IMG/VR virus record: IMGVR_UViG_3300027754_000048
Strand: one strand, 5' to 3'
Length of the DNA stretch: 23,150 nt
From: a virus
Both the position numbers and the translations under genes were made by a program. Of the stretch, positions 8,135 to 16,780 are shown piece by piece (within the stretch, counting starts at the first letter, position 1; each line of letters opens with the position of its first letter). The notes beneath the pieces are model-generated. The model was not told the DNA's origin, made no database searches, and saw only the letters and a program-made list of their open reading frames with translations.

Positions 8135-11100
8135 TTAGAAGCTTGGAATAAATCCAGTAGAGTCTGAACTTAATTGACCTCCTACTCTTGTAATCGTGAT
8201 ACGATTGATAAACTTGTGAATACCTCTTGGGAAATTTACTCGAATATCGATGATTGCAGTATTTGCTGAGATTACGTCGTTTGTGTTATTAGAAGAATCA
8301 AAGATGATCTCATATGTAGTTAATCCTCGTGCTGAAACTACTGCGTCTAGATAATTTTGAACTATTGTTTTAACTCTCATTCTAGTGATTTCATCGTTAA
8401 AATCAAATAAGAAGTTAAACAAGATTCTCTCAATATCTCTTTCAATAGTTGAAAGGTTATCACGTACGTGCGCATTATTTAAAGCAGAGTTAATTCGCTG
8501 ATATCCAGTATTGTTAGAGTACAATAGGATTCCGAAACCTCTACGCTTAACGATTAAGTTAAAACCTACTGGCTCTAAGAATGAACGGTCTTCGTCTGTT
8601 AGATCGTATTCAATTCCTACAACTTCAGGATCAGTAATTGCTCCACGTTTTCCACCTGCAACAATTAAGAATGGCGTTCCATTTTTGAATTTTCTAACGT
8701 ATAAGTTAGAGATATATCCTGCTGGTGGAACTGAAATATTCTTATTACCGCTTCTTACAATTAAGTTCGGGAAGTGATATGTTGCATAGGATGCAAGAGG
8801 AACTCCATTAATATCTTCTTGTGCAAATCCAAAAGTAAATGATGGATTTAAAGATAAGTTTGCACCTTGTGAAATATATTCAGGAGAAACTAATTTCGTC
8901 GTAGAATCAAGGAAGCTAGGATCAACTGATTTTTCAAACTGCTGCATTGAAGGAGCATTTAGAATTGCCATAGCTTGACCATGTAAAGCTGCAATCTTTG
9001 CTAAGTAATACTTTGAAGATTCACTTAATTCTCCTTCGTAGCTATCGACTACATATCTGAAATCGATTACTTCTCCTGTTGCAAGAGACTGAGGAATTTT
9101 AGTGTATTCAAACAAATAACTTAAGATATTGCTTAGACGATCTGTTGTACCATTAGGTAATTCAGAATCCTTAATCTTAAATCCTCCAAGATATTGTCCT
9201 TTTAGAGACGTTGCAAAGTTATAAACTCCCTTATAAACTCTAAGTGATGGGTTACCCGTATTTATATCATTTGTAATATCTAATCCACTTACAGTGTCAA
9301 CGCTTGGTACCATTGTAGTAACAGTATATTCAGTTACACTAGGACTCAACGTTGTGTTAACTCGTGATGAGATAGAAATAATCTTTAAGAGACGCGTTCT
9401 TCCGCTAGATGATTGAGCTTTAATGTAATGATTTACCTTTAAGAATTCATCAACTAGTGCCTTATTTGAAGGATCGATTCCAATAATCACTTTGTTTGGT
9501 TGGGTAACACTATAATAAAAAAAATCATTTGTTAAATCAAATGTATATTTGAAGTTTGCACCTGATCCCATGGTTATCAAGATATAGTCGTTACTGTCGA
9601 TTGCAGTATAATAACCGTTACTTGGAGCAAAACTTTCTGGATTCAAAAGAGAAATATCAGCAAATAACAGGAAATTAACATAAGGAATGCTTACTGGAGT
9701 AACGCTTGCGCTTAGCACTGAGAAGTTATTGTCCGCTATTTTTACATAGAACGTACTAGTACCATCACTATATGTGTCTCCATTTTTAATAAATCCTTTT
9801 GTATATGCTTTGTAAAGAGTACTTCCTTCCATTGCAGCGATATAATTATCACCGCTTGTAGGATTTACTAAATATGCTTCTCCTACTGCGACTGATACGC
9901 TTCCTGGAGAATCTGAATATCCATTTAGGAAATCAGCCTCAAGTAAAGTATTTACAGAAGGATTATTTGTTATCGTGAAAACAAGTTCCTTATCTGCCGG
10001 TTTAGCGTAACTTAATACATCGATTAATGGTGTAAAGTCAACAGGAGTTGTTCCATCTGTGTAATAACCACCATCGTCTGCTTTATAAGAATTAATAGTA
10101 TCTAAGTCGTCATATCCATGGCCAACGATATCAATACGATGCGTCATCACGTCTTGATCGTTGAATGGAGTTTGTGACAAGTCAATCATGTCAATTTTCT
10201 CAACGTCTAGAGAACAAAGAATCCCAGTAGTTGCAAATGCACGATTCATTACTCTGTCAATTGCAACAGTTAATCCACGCTCGTCCTTAAATTCTGGAAT
10301 CAAGCAACCGATTGTTCTGCTAATTACTTTAATTTCACGAAGTGCAAAAAATTCACCAGCCTTTGCGTTAATCAAACCAGCCTCATCAAAGAATGTCTTA
10401 TAGATCGGGTCCTTTGAAAGTTTAAGATAGTTTGACCAGTCACCATTTAGTACGATTATTTCAACAAAATAGTCAGAAATAAAATCATCAGGGTGAACAA
10501 ATGAAGGAAAATCTATTTCATTTCCTCCACCGACTGTCGTATACCATTCTTTTGCAGTAATATCGTATCCACTAACACTAGCTTTTCTTACCCAAATTGT
10601 TGAGTTACTATTACCTAGGTTTACAAAAGAGAGAAGTTTGTTTGATTCAATTGTGGTTTGTCCAAATGTACCAGATGAAGAAAGACCATCTCCTAATGCA
10701 AGATTTTTTGCACGATTTAATTGGCGGTAATCAGCAAACCATAACTTTTGACGATTAAAGAATTCAACTACTGGATAAGTAATGTTGATTTCGTTACGGT
10801 CATTATTATTTGACGCTGACTCGCTATTAAACGTTGCAAAATATGCCTGATCAGTATTTAAAAGAGGATCATCTGTTGTATCTAACGGAATAACGCTCAT
10901 TGTAAAAACGGGTCCTTCTCTTAAAGCTACTTCAATTGTTCTATGGAAGAAACTTCCTGCTTTTTCTAGCTTAGGATCAATATCTCCGTATACCGCTTTT
11001 AACGTTCTCATGTCGTTTACTAAAACAACAGTGTTGAATGGACCAACTCGGCTAGATCCGACGATAAGACGACCTGTGGTAAGAGGAAGTACAACGTTTT

Positions 11101-11173
11101 CACTTTGGTCGATTTCAACTGTATATACACCGCTCGCCTTAAAATTATTTAGGTTAATCGTTTGTTCGGCCAT
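8135..11173 (-). CDS. Contractile tail sheath protein (T4 gp18-like), 1012 aa
   Basis: N-terminal SGVYTVEIDQS; C-terminal sheath core VPPAGY, AGGKRG, SALNNAHVR, FLFDFNDEITR, IFDSSNNTNDVI, IIDIRV. Confidence 0.92.
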   Translation of the reverse strand: MAEQTINLNNFKASGVYTVEIDQSENVVLPLTTGRLIVGSSRVGPFNTVVLVNDMRTLKAVYGDIDPKLEKAGSFFHRTIEVALREGPVFTMSVIPLDTTDDPLLNTDQAYFATFNSESASNNNDRNEINITYPVVEFFNRQKLWFADYRQLNRAKNLALGDGLSSSGTFGQTTIESNKLLSFVNLGNSNSTIWVRKASVSGYDITAKEWYTTVGGGNEIDFPSFVHPDDFISDYFVEIIVLNGDWSNYLKLSKDPIYKTFFDEAGLINAKAGEFFALREIKVISRTIGCLIPEFKDERGLTVAIDRVMNRAFATTGILCSLDVEKIDMIDLSQTPFNDQDVMTHRIDIVGHGYDDLDTINSYKADDGGYYTDGTTPVDFTPLIDVLSYAKPADKELVFTITNNPSVNTLLEADFLNGYSDSPGSVSVAVGEAYLVNPTSGDNYIAAMEGSTLYKAYTKGFIKNGDTYSDGTSTFYVKIADNNFSVLSASVTPVSIPYVNFLLFADISLLNPESFAPSNGYYTAIDSNDYILITMGSGANFKYTFDLTNDFFYYSVTQPNKVIIGIDPSNKALVDEFLKVNHYIKAQSSSGRTRLLKIISISSRVNTTLSPSVTEYTVTTMVPSVDTVSGLDITNDINTGNPSLRVYKGVYNFATSLKGQYLGGFKIKDSELPNGTTDRLSNILSYLFEYTKIPQSLATGEVIDFRYVVDSYEGELSESSKYYLAKIAALHGQAMAILNAPSMQQFEKSVDPSFLDSTTKLVSPEYISQGANLSLNPSFTFGFAQEDINGVPLASYATYHFPNLIVRSGNKNISVPPAGYISNLYVRKFKNGTPFLIVAGGKRGAITDPEVVGIEYDLTDEDRSFLEPVGFNLIVKRRGFGILLYSNNTGYQRINSALNNAHVRDNLSTIERDIERILFNFLFDFNDEITRMRVKTIVQNYLDAVVSARGLTTYEIIFDSSNNTNDVISANTAIIDIRVNFPRGIHKFINRITITRVGGQLSSDSTGFIPSF

Positions 11174-11192
11174 TTCTGTACAAGTATTTTTA

Positions 11193-11202
11193 ATTATTTA
11201 TC
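11193..11202 (-). promoter_or_regulatory. Putative late promoter GATAAATAAT driving the sheath gene
   Basis: Reverse complement of attatttatc, 19 nt upstream of the sheath ATG; identical to the 3109-3118 motif. Confidence 0.65.
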
Positions 11203-11288
11203 CGTCATATCTCGTATAATTCTAAAAAAATGATAAAAATAAAGATCCTAGGCGACTAGTGATAGTACAAGAAATTAAAATAGCAGTG

Positions 11289-11756
11289 ATGGCTAATATC
11301 GATAATACGTGTGCTGATCTCCAGATAGAAGATCTATATTCCAAAAGTACTAATACTTTAGGTGACATTATGACTCTCCAGAAAGATACTCAGGAGAATG
11401 TTTATGGCTTTGACTTTAAAAATATGACTCTTCGTGAGATCATGGCTTTTTGGCATGCCAACAATCATTCTTTAATTGATGAAATTCACGAAGCAACTGA
11501 TGCTCTTGGAGGAATCAAAGACGGCGCCGGTAATGCTATCTGGAAGTATTGGAAAAAGGATCATGGAAAGTACGAAAATATGAAATTTTCAGATCTTTCT
11601 CAAACTGACCAGCTTGAATGTAAGTTTGAAATAGTTGACATGCTCCATTTCTTTATGAATTATGCAATTTCAATTGGAATGACTCCTCATGAAATGTACA
11701 ACATGTATATGTCAAAAAATCAAGAAAATAGAGACCGTCAGTCTCGTGGATATTAA
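11289..11756 (+). CDS. All-alpha dCTPase/dUTPase, T4 gp56-like
   Basis: DEIHEA..ALG, WKYWKK, DQLECKFEIVDMLHF, Y..KN.EN..RQ..GY C-terminus, paralleling T4 gp56 and dimeric dUTPases. The ATG at 11289 is preferred over the GTG at 11259. Confidence 0.87.
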   Translation: MANIDNTCADLQIEDLYSKSTNTLGDIMTLQKDTQENVYGFDFKNMTLREIMAFWHANNHSLIDEIHEATDALGGIKDGAGNAIWKYWKKDHGKYENMKFSDLSQTDQLECKFEIVDMLHFFMNYAISIGMTPHEMYNMYMSKNQENRDRQSRGY

Positions 11757-11784
11757 TCCTTAAAAATAAAAAAATCTAAATATA

Positions 11785-12051
11785 ATGGAAAAAATTATCG
11801 GCGGCAACATGCCACAAGGCCAACCTGGTCCATCTGGACAAGGCGGAGCACCTAATCTAAACATTAATCTCGCAGAAGCTCCTTATATGACTTGTGAAAA
11901 GTGCGAAAATGATGTGTTTGAGGAAAAAATGAAGATTAAAAAAGTTTCGAGATTTATGACCGGTGGCGCACAGGACTCAATTGTCCCAATTCCGGTAATT
12001 GTATGCTCAAACTGTGGTAATATTAACGAAATGTTTCAACCTAAAGTATGA
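11785..12051 (+). CDS. Small Zn-ribbon protein (CxxC...CxxC), function unknown
   Basis: CEKC and CSNC; Gly/Pro/Gln-rich N-terminus; ATGA overlap with the polymerase gene. Confidence 0.75.
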   Translation: MEKIIGGNMPQGQPGPSGQGGAPNLNINLAEAPYMTCEKCENDVFEEKMKIKKVSRFMTGGAQDSIVPIPVIVCSNCGNINEMFQPKV

Positions 12052-13472
12052 TAATTGGCGCTGAAGTCCTTGAGGACAAAACTCTACTAATTTCTTATTA
12101 TAACTCGGCCGGCAAAATAGAATTTATTCAAAAAAGACTTGTTGACCATGAACTATTTAATTGGGTAGAGTCCTCGACTCCAAGTGCAGTTAAAAATTGG
12201 GATGGGCGATATGTCAAAAAGAATAATTCTCCAGGTCAATATGTCAATCAATTTAGAGTTCAAGAACTAATTAGAGAAAAGTTGACAGCTGACGAGATCG
12301 AAGCAATCTATAGTTTTGATAACTTACCAAAGAAGACATATCTTGATATTGAGATCAAATTGATTGATGATTCTTTTCCAGATCCGGAAAGAGCTAGAAT
12401 GCCAGTCGGTCTTATTTCTTTCTGTAACGAAGACAATATCACGTATATTCTTTCTATTCTTAACGATGATGAAAAGCCAGACGGTCTTTCGTCAGACGAT
12501 ATTGTTAAAATGGAAAAAGAAGTAAACGAGTATTTTCGTAAGACTACGCCTCTTCGTCCACAAGACGCATGGTTGTTCCAGCAGGAATTTAAGATCAAAT
12601 ATAAGTTCTTTAAGAGTGAAGAAGAACTCATGACCTTCTATTTTCACAATATCATGCCAAAATTCTCATTTGTTACTGGTTGGAACGTAACTGAGTTCGA
12701 CTGGAAATACTTGATGAATCGTGGTAAAAACTTAAAGATCGATTCTGTTGCAAAAATGCCTTCTCGATCAACTGTTTCAAAAAATAAGATTCCAGTTCAT
12801 CTTGGCGTATTAGATTACATGCAAGTTTTTGAAAAGCTTAAGCCATTTAAAGTAATTGAAAATTATAAATTAGACTATATTGCCAGTTTAGTATTGGGAG
12901 TTGCAAAACTAAAGCACAAATATCCAACGTTTTATTCTTTTCAGAAGGATACTTATCTCTTTACTCTCTATAACGTAATTGACGTTATTCTAGTAAAATT
13001 GATCGAAGATAAGCTTTCTTTACTAGATGTTGCCTATTCTATTGCAAACGTTTCACAAGTAGAAGTTAACAAAGTATTTAGTCCAGTGTATATTGCTGAG
13101 ATCTTAATGTGTCGTGAGTTCTTAAATAAGAATCAGCGAATGATGAAACTTCCTTGGGGAGAATCAAAGGATACTGATGCAACATACGAAGGCGCTTACG
13201 TTAAACAACCTATTCCAGGCTATTATAATTATATTGCATGTTATGATTTCTCTTCAATGTATCCTAATATCCAAATACAATTCAATATTTCTCCGGATAC
13301 CTATCTAGGTAAAAAAGGAAAAGTTAAAACCAGAGGTACCGAAATTCATACGAAAAACGATACGTTATTCTCAAATGATACTGATTCGGTTGCCAGAACT
13401 ATTTTGACTAGGTTATATGACGAACGGATCAAAACACAGTCTGAAATTAAATCATTAAAAAATTTAAAATAG
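12048..13472 (+). CDS. Family B DNA polymerase, N-terminal subunit (3'-5' exonuclease + motif A) of a split gp43-like enzyme
   Basis: ExoI YLDIEI, ExoII TGWNVTEFDWKYL, YKLDYIA, ExoIII YNVIDV, YEGAYV and motif A YDFSSMYPNI..NISPDT; ends in the first fingers helix with no motif B or C. Confidence 0.92.
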   Translation: MIIGAEVLEDKTLLISYYNSAGKIEFIQKRLVDHELFNWVESSTPSAVKNWDGRYVKKNNSPGQYVNQFRVQELIREKLTADEIEAIYSFDNLPKKTYLDIEIKLIDDSFPDPERARMPVGLISFCNEDNITYILSILNDDEKPDGLSSDDIVKMEKEVNEYFRKTTPLRPQDAWLFQQEFKIKYKFFKSEEELMTFYFHNIMPKFSFVTGWNVTEFDWKYLMNRGKNLKIDSVAKMPSRSTVSKNKIPVHLGVLDYMQVFEKLKPFKVIENYKLDYIASLVLGVAKLKHKYPTFYSFQKDTYLFTLYNVIDVILVKLIEDKLSLLDVAYSIANVSQVEVNKVFSPVYIAEILMCREFLNKNQRMMKLPWGESKDTDATYEGAYVKQPIPGYYNYIACYDFSSMYPNIQIQFNISPDTYLGKKGKVKTRGTEIHTKNDTLFSNDTDSVARTILTRLYDERIKTQSEIKSLKNLK

Positions 13473-13724
13473 ATGGCAAAACCAATATTTTTAGTAGGTT
13501 TCCCAGTGGAAGCCGACTCTACCGCGCTAGGAGAAACTCGAACATCGTTAAACTATCTTCTGAATGAAGAATATCATGTTATTGTATATCGTGCACAAGA
13601 GATACAAAGCGTACAGTTTCAAGTATTAAATGCTATCAATTCAACCGATGTTGAAATTGAGGAACTAATAGAAAAAACAACACTCCACCTTAAAACTTTA
13701 AATAACGACGATGCAAACATCTGA
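13473..13724 (+). CDS. Hypothetical protein
   Basis: 83-aa ORF starting immediately after the polymerase stop. Confidence 0.65.
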   Translation: MAKPIFLVGFPVEADSTALGETRTSLNYLLNEEYHVIVYRAQEIQSVQFQVLNAINSTDVEIEELIEKTTLHLKTLNNDDANI

Positions 13725-13962
13725 AAAATTCATTGCATGGCTTGAGGGATACCTTGATGCTAGCAAAAATGCTTTAACTACTCCTCAAGTAAAAGAGATT
13801 AGAAAAAAGATTACCAATTATCAAAAAATGCAAACTGAGCAAGTTTTGATACCGTTAAACGAACCTGCCTACTATTCACTTCAACCGCAAATAGATGAAG
13901 AATTTCTTAAAGAAATTGAGCGAAATAAAAATGCTTCTACCATGGAAGCTCTCGAATCATAA
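13711..13962 (+). CDS. Hypothetical phage protein
   Basis: 83 aa; N-terminal EKFIAWLEGYLD pattern of a kind seen in small phage ORFs; overlaps the previous gene by 14 nt. Confidence 0.65.
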   Translation: MQTSEKFIAWLEGYLDASKNALTTPQVKEIRKKITNYQKMQTEQVLIPLNEPAYYSLQPQIDEEFLKEIERNKNASTMEALES

Positions 13963-13978
13963 AAAAACAGAAAAGTCA

Positions 13979-14659
13979 ATGAATAATCAAGATATTGAGA
14001 AATTAGTTAGTCTCAAAGAAAATTTTACTGGCCAAAAGTTTCAATGGGTTAAAACAGATCGTCTTGAACTTCTTGGAAAAGTAGTCGTGTGTAGAGATAT
14101 AAATCAGGCAGCCGGCGGCAGATTTTATGCATATTTTGACGATGGGTCTAAAGTAGACACTGCCGATCTTAACCGTAATCTGCTAATGATTCATGGAGAT
14201 ATGCAACCTTTATCTAAGGACGAAGTTCTTGCAATTTATAAACCAAAGTCAGCTTTTTCTAATCAACCGACGCTTGAACCTTCGCCAAATCCAAACATTC
14301 AGCCTGTCATGCAATCTAGAATGACTTCTTCTCCTATTGGAGAGCCTAGATCGCAGGAAGCTCGAATAGTTACACCTACTCCTGAACCAAAAACAAACAT
14401 GTTTTCTATGTTCAATTCAGAAGATTCTCAAATCTCTCTGAACGTGACAGTTCGTTTGCCTGAAAGAAAGTTGTTAAAGATGATGTATACTAATGCTGAA
14501 AACAAAGACAAGTTTTTGTCCGAACTTTCTGAATACATTCAATCTATGATAAATAATAAAATAGTACGTGAGTCGGTGGAACAAATACTTTCACCAACGA
14601 CAAAAGCGACTATCAAAAAAGATTCTGAGCCTGATATAAAGGTTCGTGAGATCGAATGA
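13979..14659 (+). CDS. Hypothetical protein (two domains joined by a Pro-rich linker)
   Basis: The start at 13979 (MNNQDIEK) avoids overlap with the preceding gene and has an A-rich leader. Confidence 0.7.
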   Translation: MNNQDIEKLVSLKENFTGQKFQWVKTDRLELLGKVVVCRDINQAAGGRFYAYFDDGSKVDTADLNRNLLMIHGDMQPLSKDEVLAIYKPKSAFSNQPTLEPSPNPNIQPVMQSRMTSSPIGEPRSQEARIVTPTPEPKTNMFSMFNSEDSQISLNVTVRLPERKLLKMMYTNAENKDKFLSELSEYIQSMINNKIVRESVEQILSPTTKATIKKDSEPDIKVREIE

Positions 14660-15228
14660 TGACACAACCAGCTTCACCTAATCAATTCCATAAAAAGCAG
14701 GAATTTTCTGATGGAAAATACACAGTGTACTCTCTATCAGATGACAAAGGAAAATTTAGACGCCTTACTTGCGAAAAGGAATCTATCTGTATCCTTCCTT
14801 TCGATCTGAATGAACATCAACAGATTCGTAACATATACCTTACTAAATATCTTGATTATATCTCAGGCAAACATGAGTATAGCTGCATGAGTCAAACGTA
14901 TGATCCTAATGTTTATGATTCACACTATGATGCATTGACAAGTATAGTCACGCAAAAGCTAAACATCGACGATATTGATATCCATGACAAATATTACCTA
15001 GGCACAGTTCGTCATGGCGTGCCTTTTACCAAAGAATACAAATGCTATGCCGTTAATTTAACGAACTATTCTCAAGATCCAAGCGGTTTTTCTAATTTTT
15101 CTCTAGAAAATGATAATAGGTCTCTTTCAATTGAGCGCGTTAAATTCAATAGGATATTGAAGGGCGGCATTTCAGATTCACTAGCTCTTTCCTGTTCTCT
15201 TTTGTTACTTTCTTATTTTTCAGAATAA
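14656..15228 (+). CDS. Nudix-fold-like protein with degenerate Nudix box
   Basis: SICILPFD..IYL, YLG, YKCYAVNLT and I.DSLAL elements recall ADP-ribose pyrophosphatase-type Nudix proteins, but GX5EX7REUXEEXGU is absent. Confidence 0.45.
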   Translation: MMTQPASPNQFHKKQEFSDGKYTVYSLSDDKGKFRRLTCEKESICILPFDLNEHQQIRNIYLTKYLDYISGKHEYSCMSQTYDPNVYDSHYDALTSIVTQKLNIDDIDIHDKYYLGTVRHGVPFTKEYKCYAVNLTNYSQDPSGFSNFSLENDNRSLSIERVKFNRILKGGISDSLALSCSLLLLSYFSE

Positions 15229-15254
15229 GAACTTTTTGCCCTAGTATAGTACAA
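15228..15254 (+). promoter_or_regulatory. Putative phage promoter AGAACTT-N13-AGTACAA
   Basis: In the 45-nt gap before uvsX; same bipartite motif as 4372 and 4751. Confidence 0.45.
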
Positions 15255-15273
15255 AATACTAAAAATACATAGT

Positions 15274-16470
15274 ATGACAGAAACAAAGTCTGTTCTAGCA
15301 GCATTCAATAAATTTAATGACTTGCTTGAAAAAAAGGTTAAGACAAAAATAACCTTAATGGGATTTTCAGATATTGATGAATATATCCCCACCGGCAATT
15401 ATCTATTAAACGCTCAACTTTCTGGATCTCTTTTTGGAGGATATCCAAATACAAGAAGCATTGGAATTGCTGGTGACTCTGGTGCTGGTAAAACATTCTT
15501 ATGTCTAAACGCTGTTCGTGAACAACAGAAAAAAGGATATTTTGTTTTTTACATTGATACTGAGGGCGCAATAGATAGATCAGACTACCTTAAATTTGGT
15601 GTAGATTTAGATAGATTAAAGTATTTACGTATGGGAATGATTAGTGACGTTAAGTTCTTCATTAATGATTTTATTGAAACAATGAAAGAAAATCCTGGTC
15701 TTAAATCTGCGATCTTTGTTGATTCAGTTGGAATGTTAGATACTGATAAGAGCAAAAGAGATATGGAAGCTGGTAAAAATGCTTCTGATATGGGTCTTCG
15801 ATCAAAAGAAATGCGCGCTCTTTTTAAATCATTTACTCTTGAGTTATCAAATCTCAAGGTACCTTTTATTTTCACCAATCACACATATGCTTCAATGGAT
15901 CAATATACTCCAAAGGGCATGTCCGGCGGTGGAGGTCCAGAGTTTTCTGCCTCAATTATTATTATGCTAAGTAAAGGAACTTTGCGTGATGAAAATAAAA
16001 CTACTACTGGAATTATTGTTAGATCGAAAACAAGAAAAAATCGACTTGCCAAACCAATCGATATTGAGTTTCATATTTCGTTTCATAAGGGCATGAATCA
16101 ATATGTTGGACTTGAACAATTTGTAAATTGGGAAAATTGTGGAGTAGGTAGAGGAAATAAACTTACTGAAAAGGAATTTTCAAAACTTAAATCTGAAGAG
16201 CAAGCATTGTGTTCTAAGTTTAATTTAAACGGAGAAACTTTTTATTTTTTACCAAAGAAACTTGGTAAATCATATATTATTCGCCATACTGGAGATGAGG
16301 TTCCAGTTAGAGAATTTTTTACTGCTCGCCTATTTACCGAAGCTGTTCTTAGAGAGTTAGATGAAAAAATAATTAAGCCGACCTTTATGTTTCCTGATAC
16401 TCAAGATGGAATTGATCTTTTAGAAAATGATGAACTTGGAGACCTAAACGACGATGGTGATTCGCTCTAA
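15274..16470 (+). CDS. uvsX: RecA/UvsX-like recombinase
   Basis: IPTGNYLLN..LSG, Walker A GDSGAGKT, YIDTEGA, Walker B IFVDSVG, FTNHTY, SGGGG, KNR. Confidence 0.95.
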   Translation: MTETKSVLAAFNKFNDLLEKKVKTKITLMGFSDIDEYIPTGNYLLNAQLSGSLFGGYPNTRSIGIAGDSGAGKTFLCLNAVREQQKKGYFVFYIDTEGAIDRSDYLKFGVDLDRLKYLRMGMISDVKFFINDFIETMKENPGLKSAIFVDSVGMLDTDKSKRDMEAGKNASDMGLRSKEMRALFKSFTLELSNLKVPFIFTNHTYASMDQYTPKGMSGGGGPEFSASIIIMLSKGTLRDENKTTTGIIVRSKTRKNRLAKPIDIEFHISFHKGMNQYVGLEQFVNWENCGVGRGNKLTEKEFSKLKSEEQALCSKFNLNGETFYFLPKKLGKSYIIRHTGDEVPVREFFTARLFTEAVLRELDEKIIKPTFMFPDTQDGIDLLENDELGDLNDDGDSL

Positions 16471-16780
16471 TCTTCCAATAAAATATTATTTGAATCTACA
16501 TAACGAAGAGGATTTACAAGATAATTTGTCAATCCTCTTTGACATCATGCAATACTTGATTAAAGTAGCTCAAATGAAAAGCAAAGATGTTTCGCCAGAC
16601 ATTTTTAAGTTTTCATCTAAATCGCTAAAATATGTGTTTGGAGATAAAATAAAAGATGAAACCTTTAAATCTAATCTAGTTAAAACAATAAAAGAACTCA
16701 TTTCTACTGAACGCCTTTTAGTAGATGGCGAAAACATAAAAATAACAATCAAGGGAATAGCAGAATTTTACACAATATAA
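16454..16780 (+). CDS. Hypothetical protein, possible winged-helix fold
   Basis: 108 aa, coupled to both uvsX and the helicase; C-terminal helix, beta-hairpin and ITxKG pattern typical of winged-helix proteins. Confidence 0.6.
   Translation: MVIRSNLPIKYYLNLHNEEDLQDNLSILFDIMQYLIKVAQMKSKDVSPDIFKFSSKSLKYVFGDKIKDETFKSNLVKTIKELISTERLLVDGENIKITIKGIAEFYTI

Noticed and set aside
8135-11173. Sheath as part of a T6SS, eCIS or tailocin in a bacterial chromosome
   Set aside because: It is surrounded by T4-like replication genes (gp32, rnh, gp56, gp43, uvsX, gp41, gp46/47), with no eCIS or T6SS partners.
11248-11259. CTAG-GCGA-CTAG mini-hairpin with a GNRA loop in the divergent promoter region
   Set aside because: Only a 4-bp stem; too weak to call an RNA element.
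13470-13724. TAG stop of the polymerase followed immediately by an in-frame ATG (the only TAG stop among the called genes): possible amber recoding or readthrough
   Set aside because: All other long genes are intact under the standard code, and readthrough would add 83 aa without polymerase motif B or C, so it does not restore a full enzyme.
4380-13978. Upstream start codons in the ORF track at 4380, 11259 and 13895
   Set aside because: They overlap promoter motifs or the previous gene; the downstream ATGs at 4419, 11289 and 13979 fit better.
13473-15228. Possible group I intron, intein or homing endonuclease interrupting the polymerase
   Set aside because: No LAGLIDADG, GIY-YIG, HNH or intein-terminal motifs; the region is filled with coupled ordinary ORFs and no downstream polymerase exon was found.
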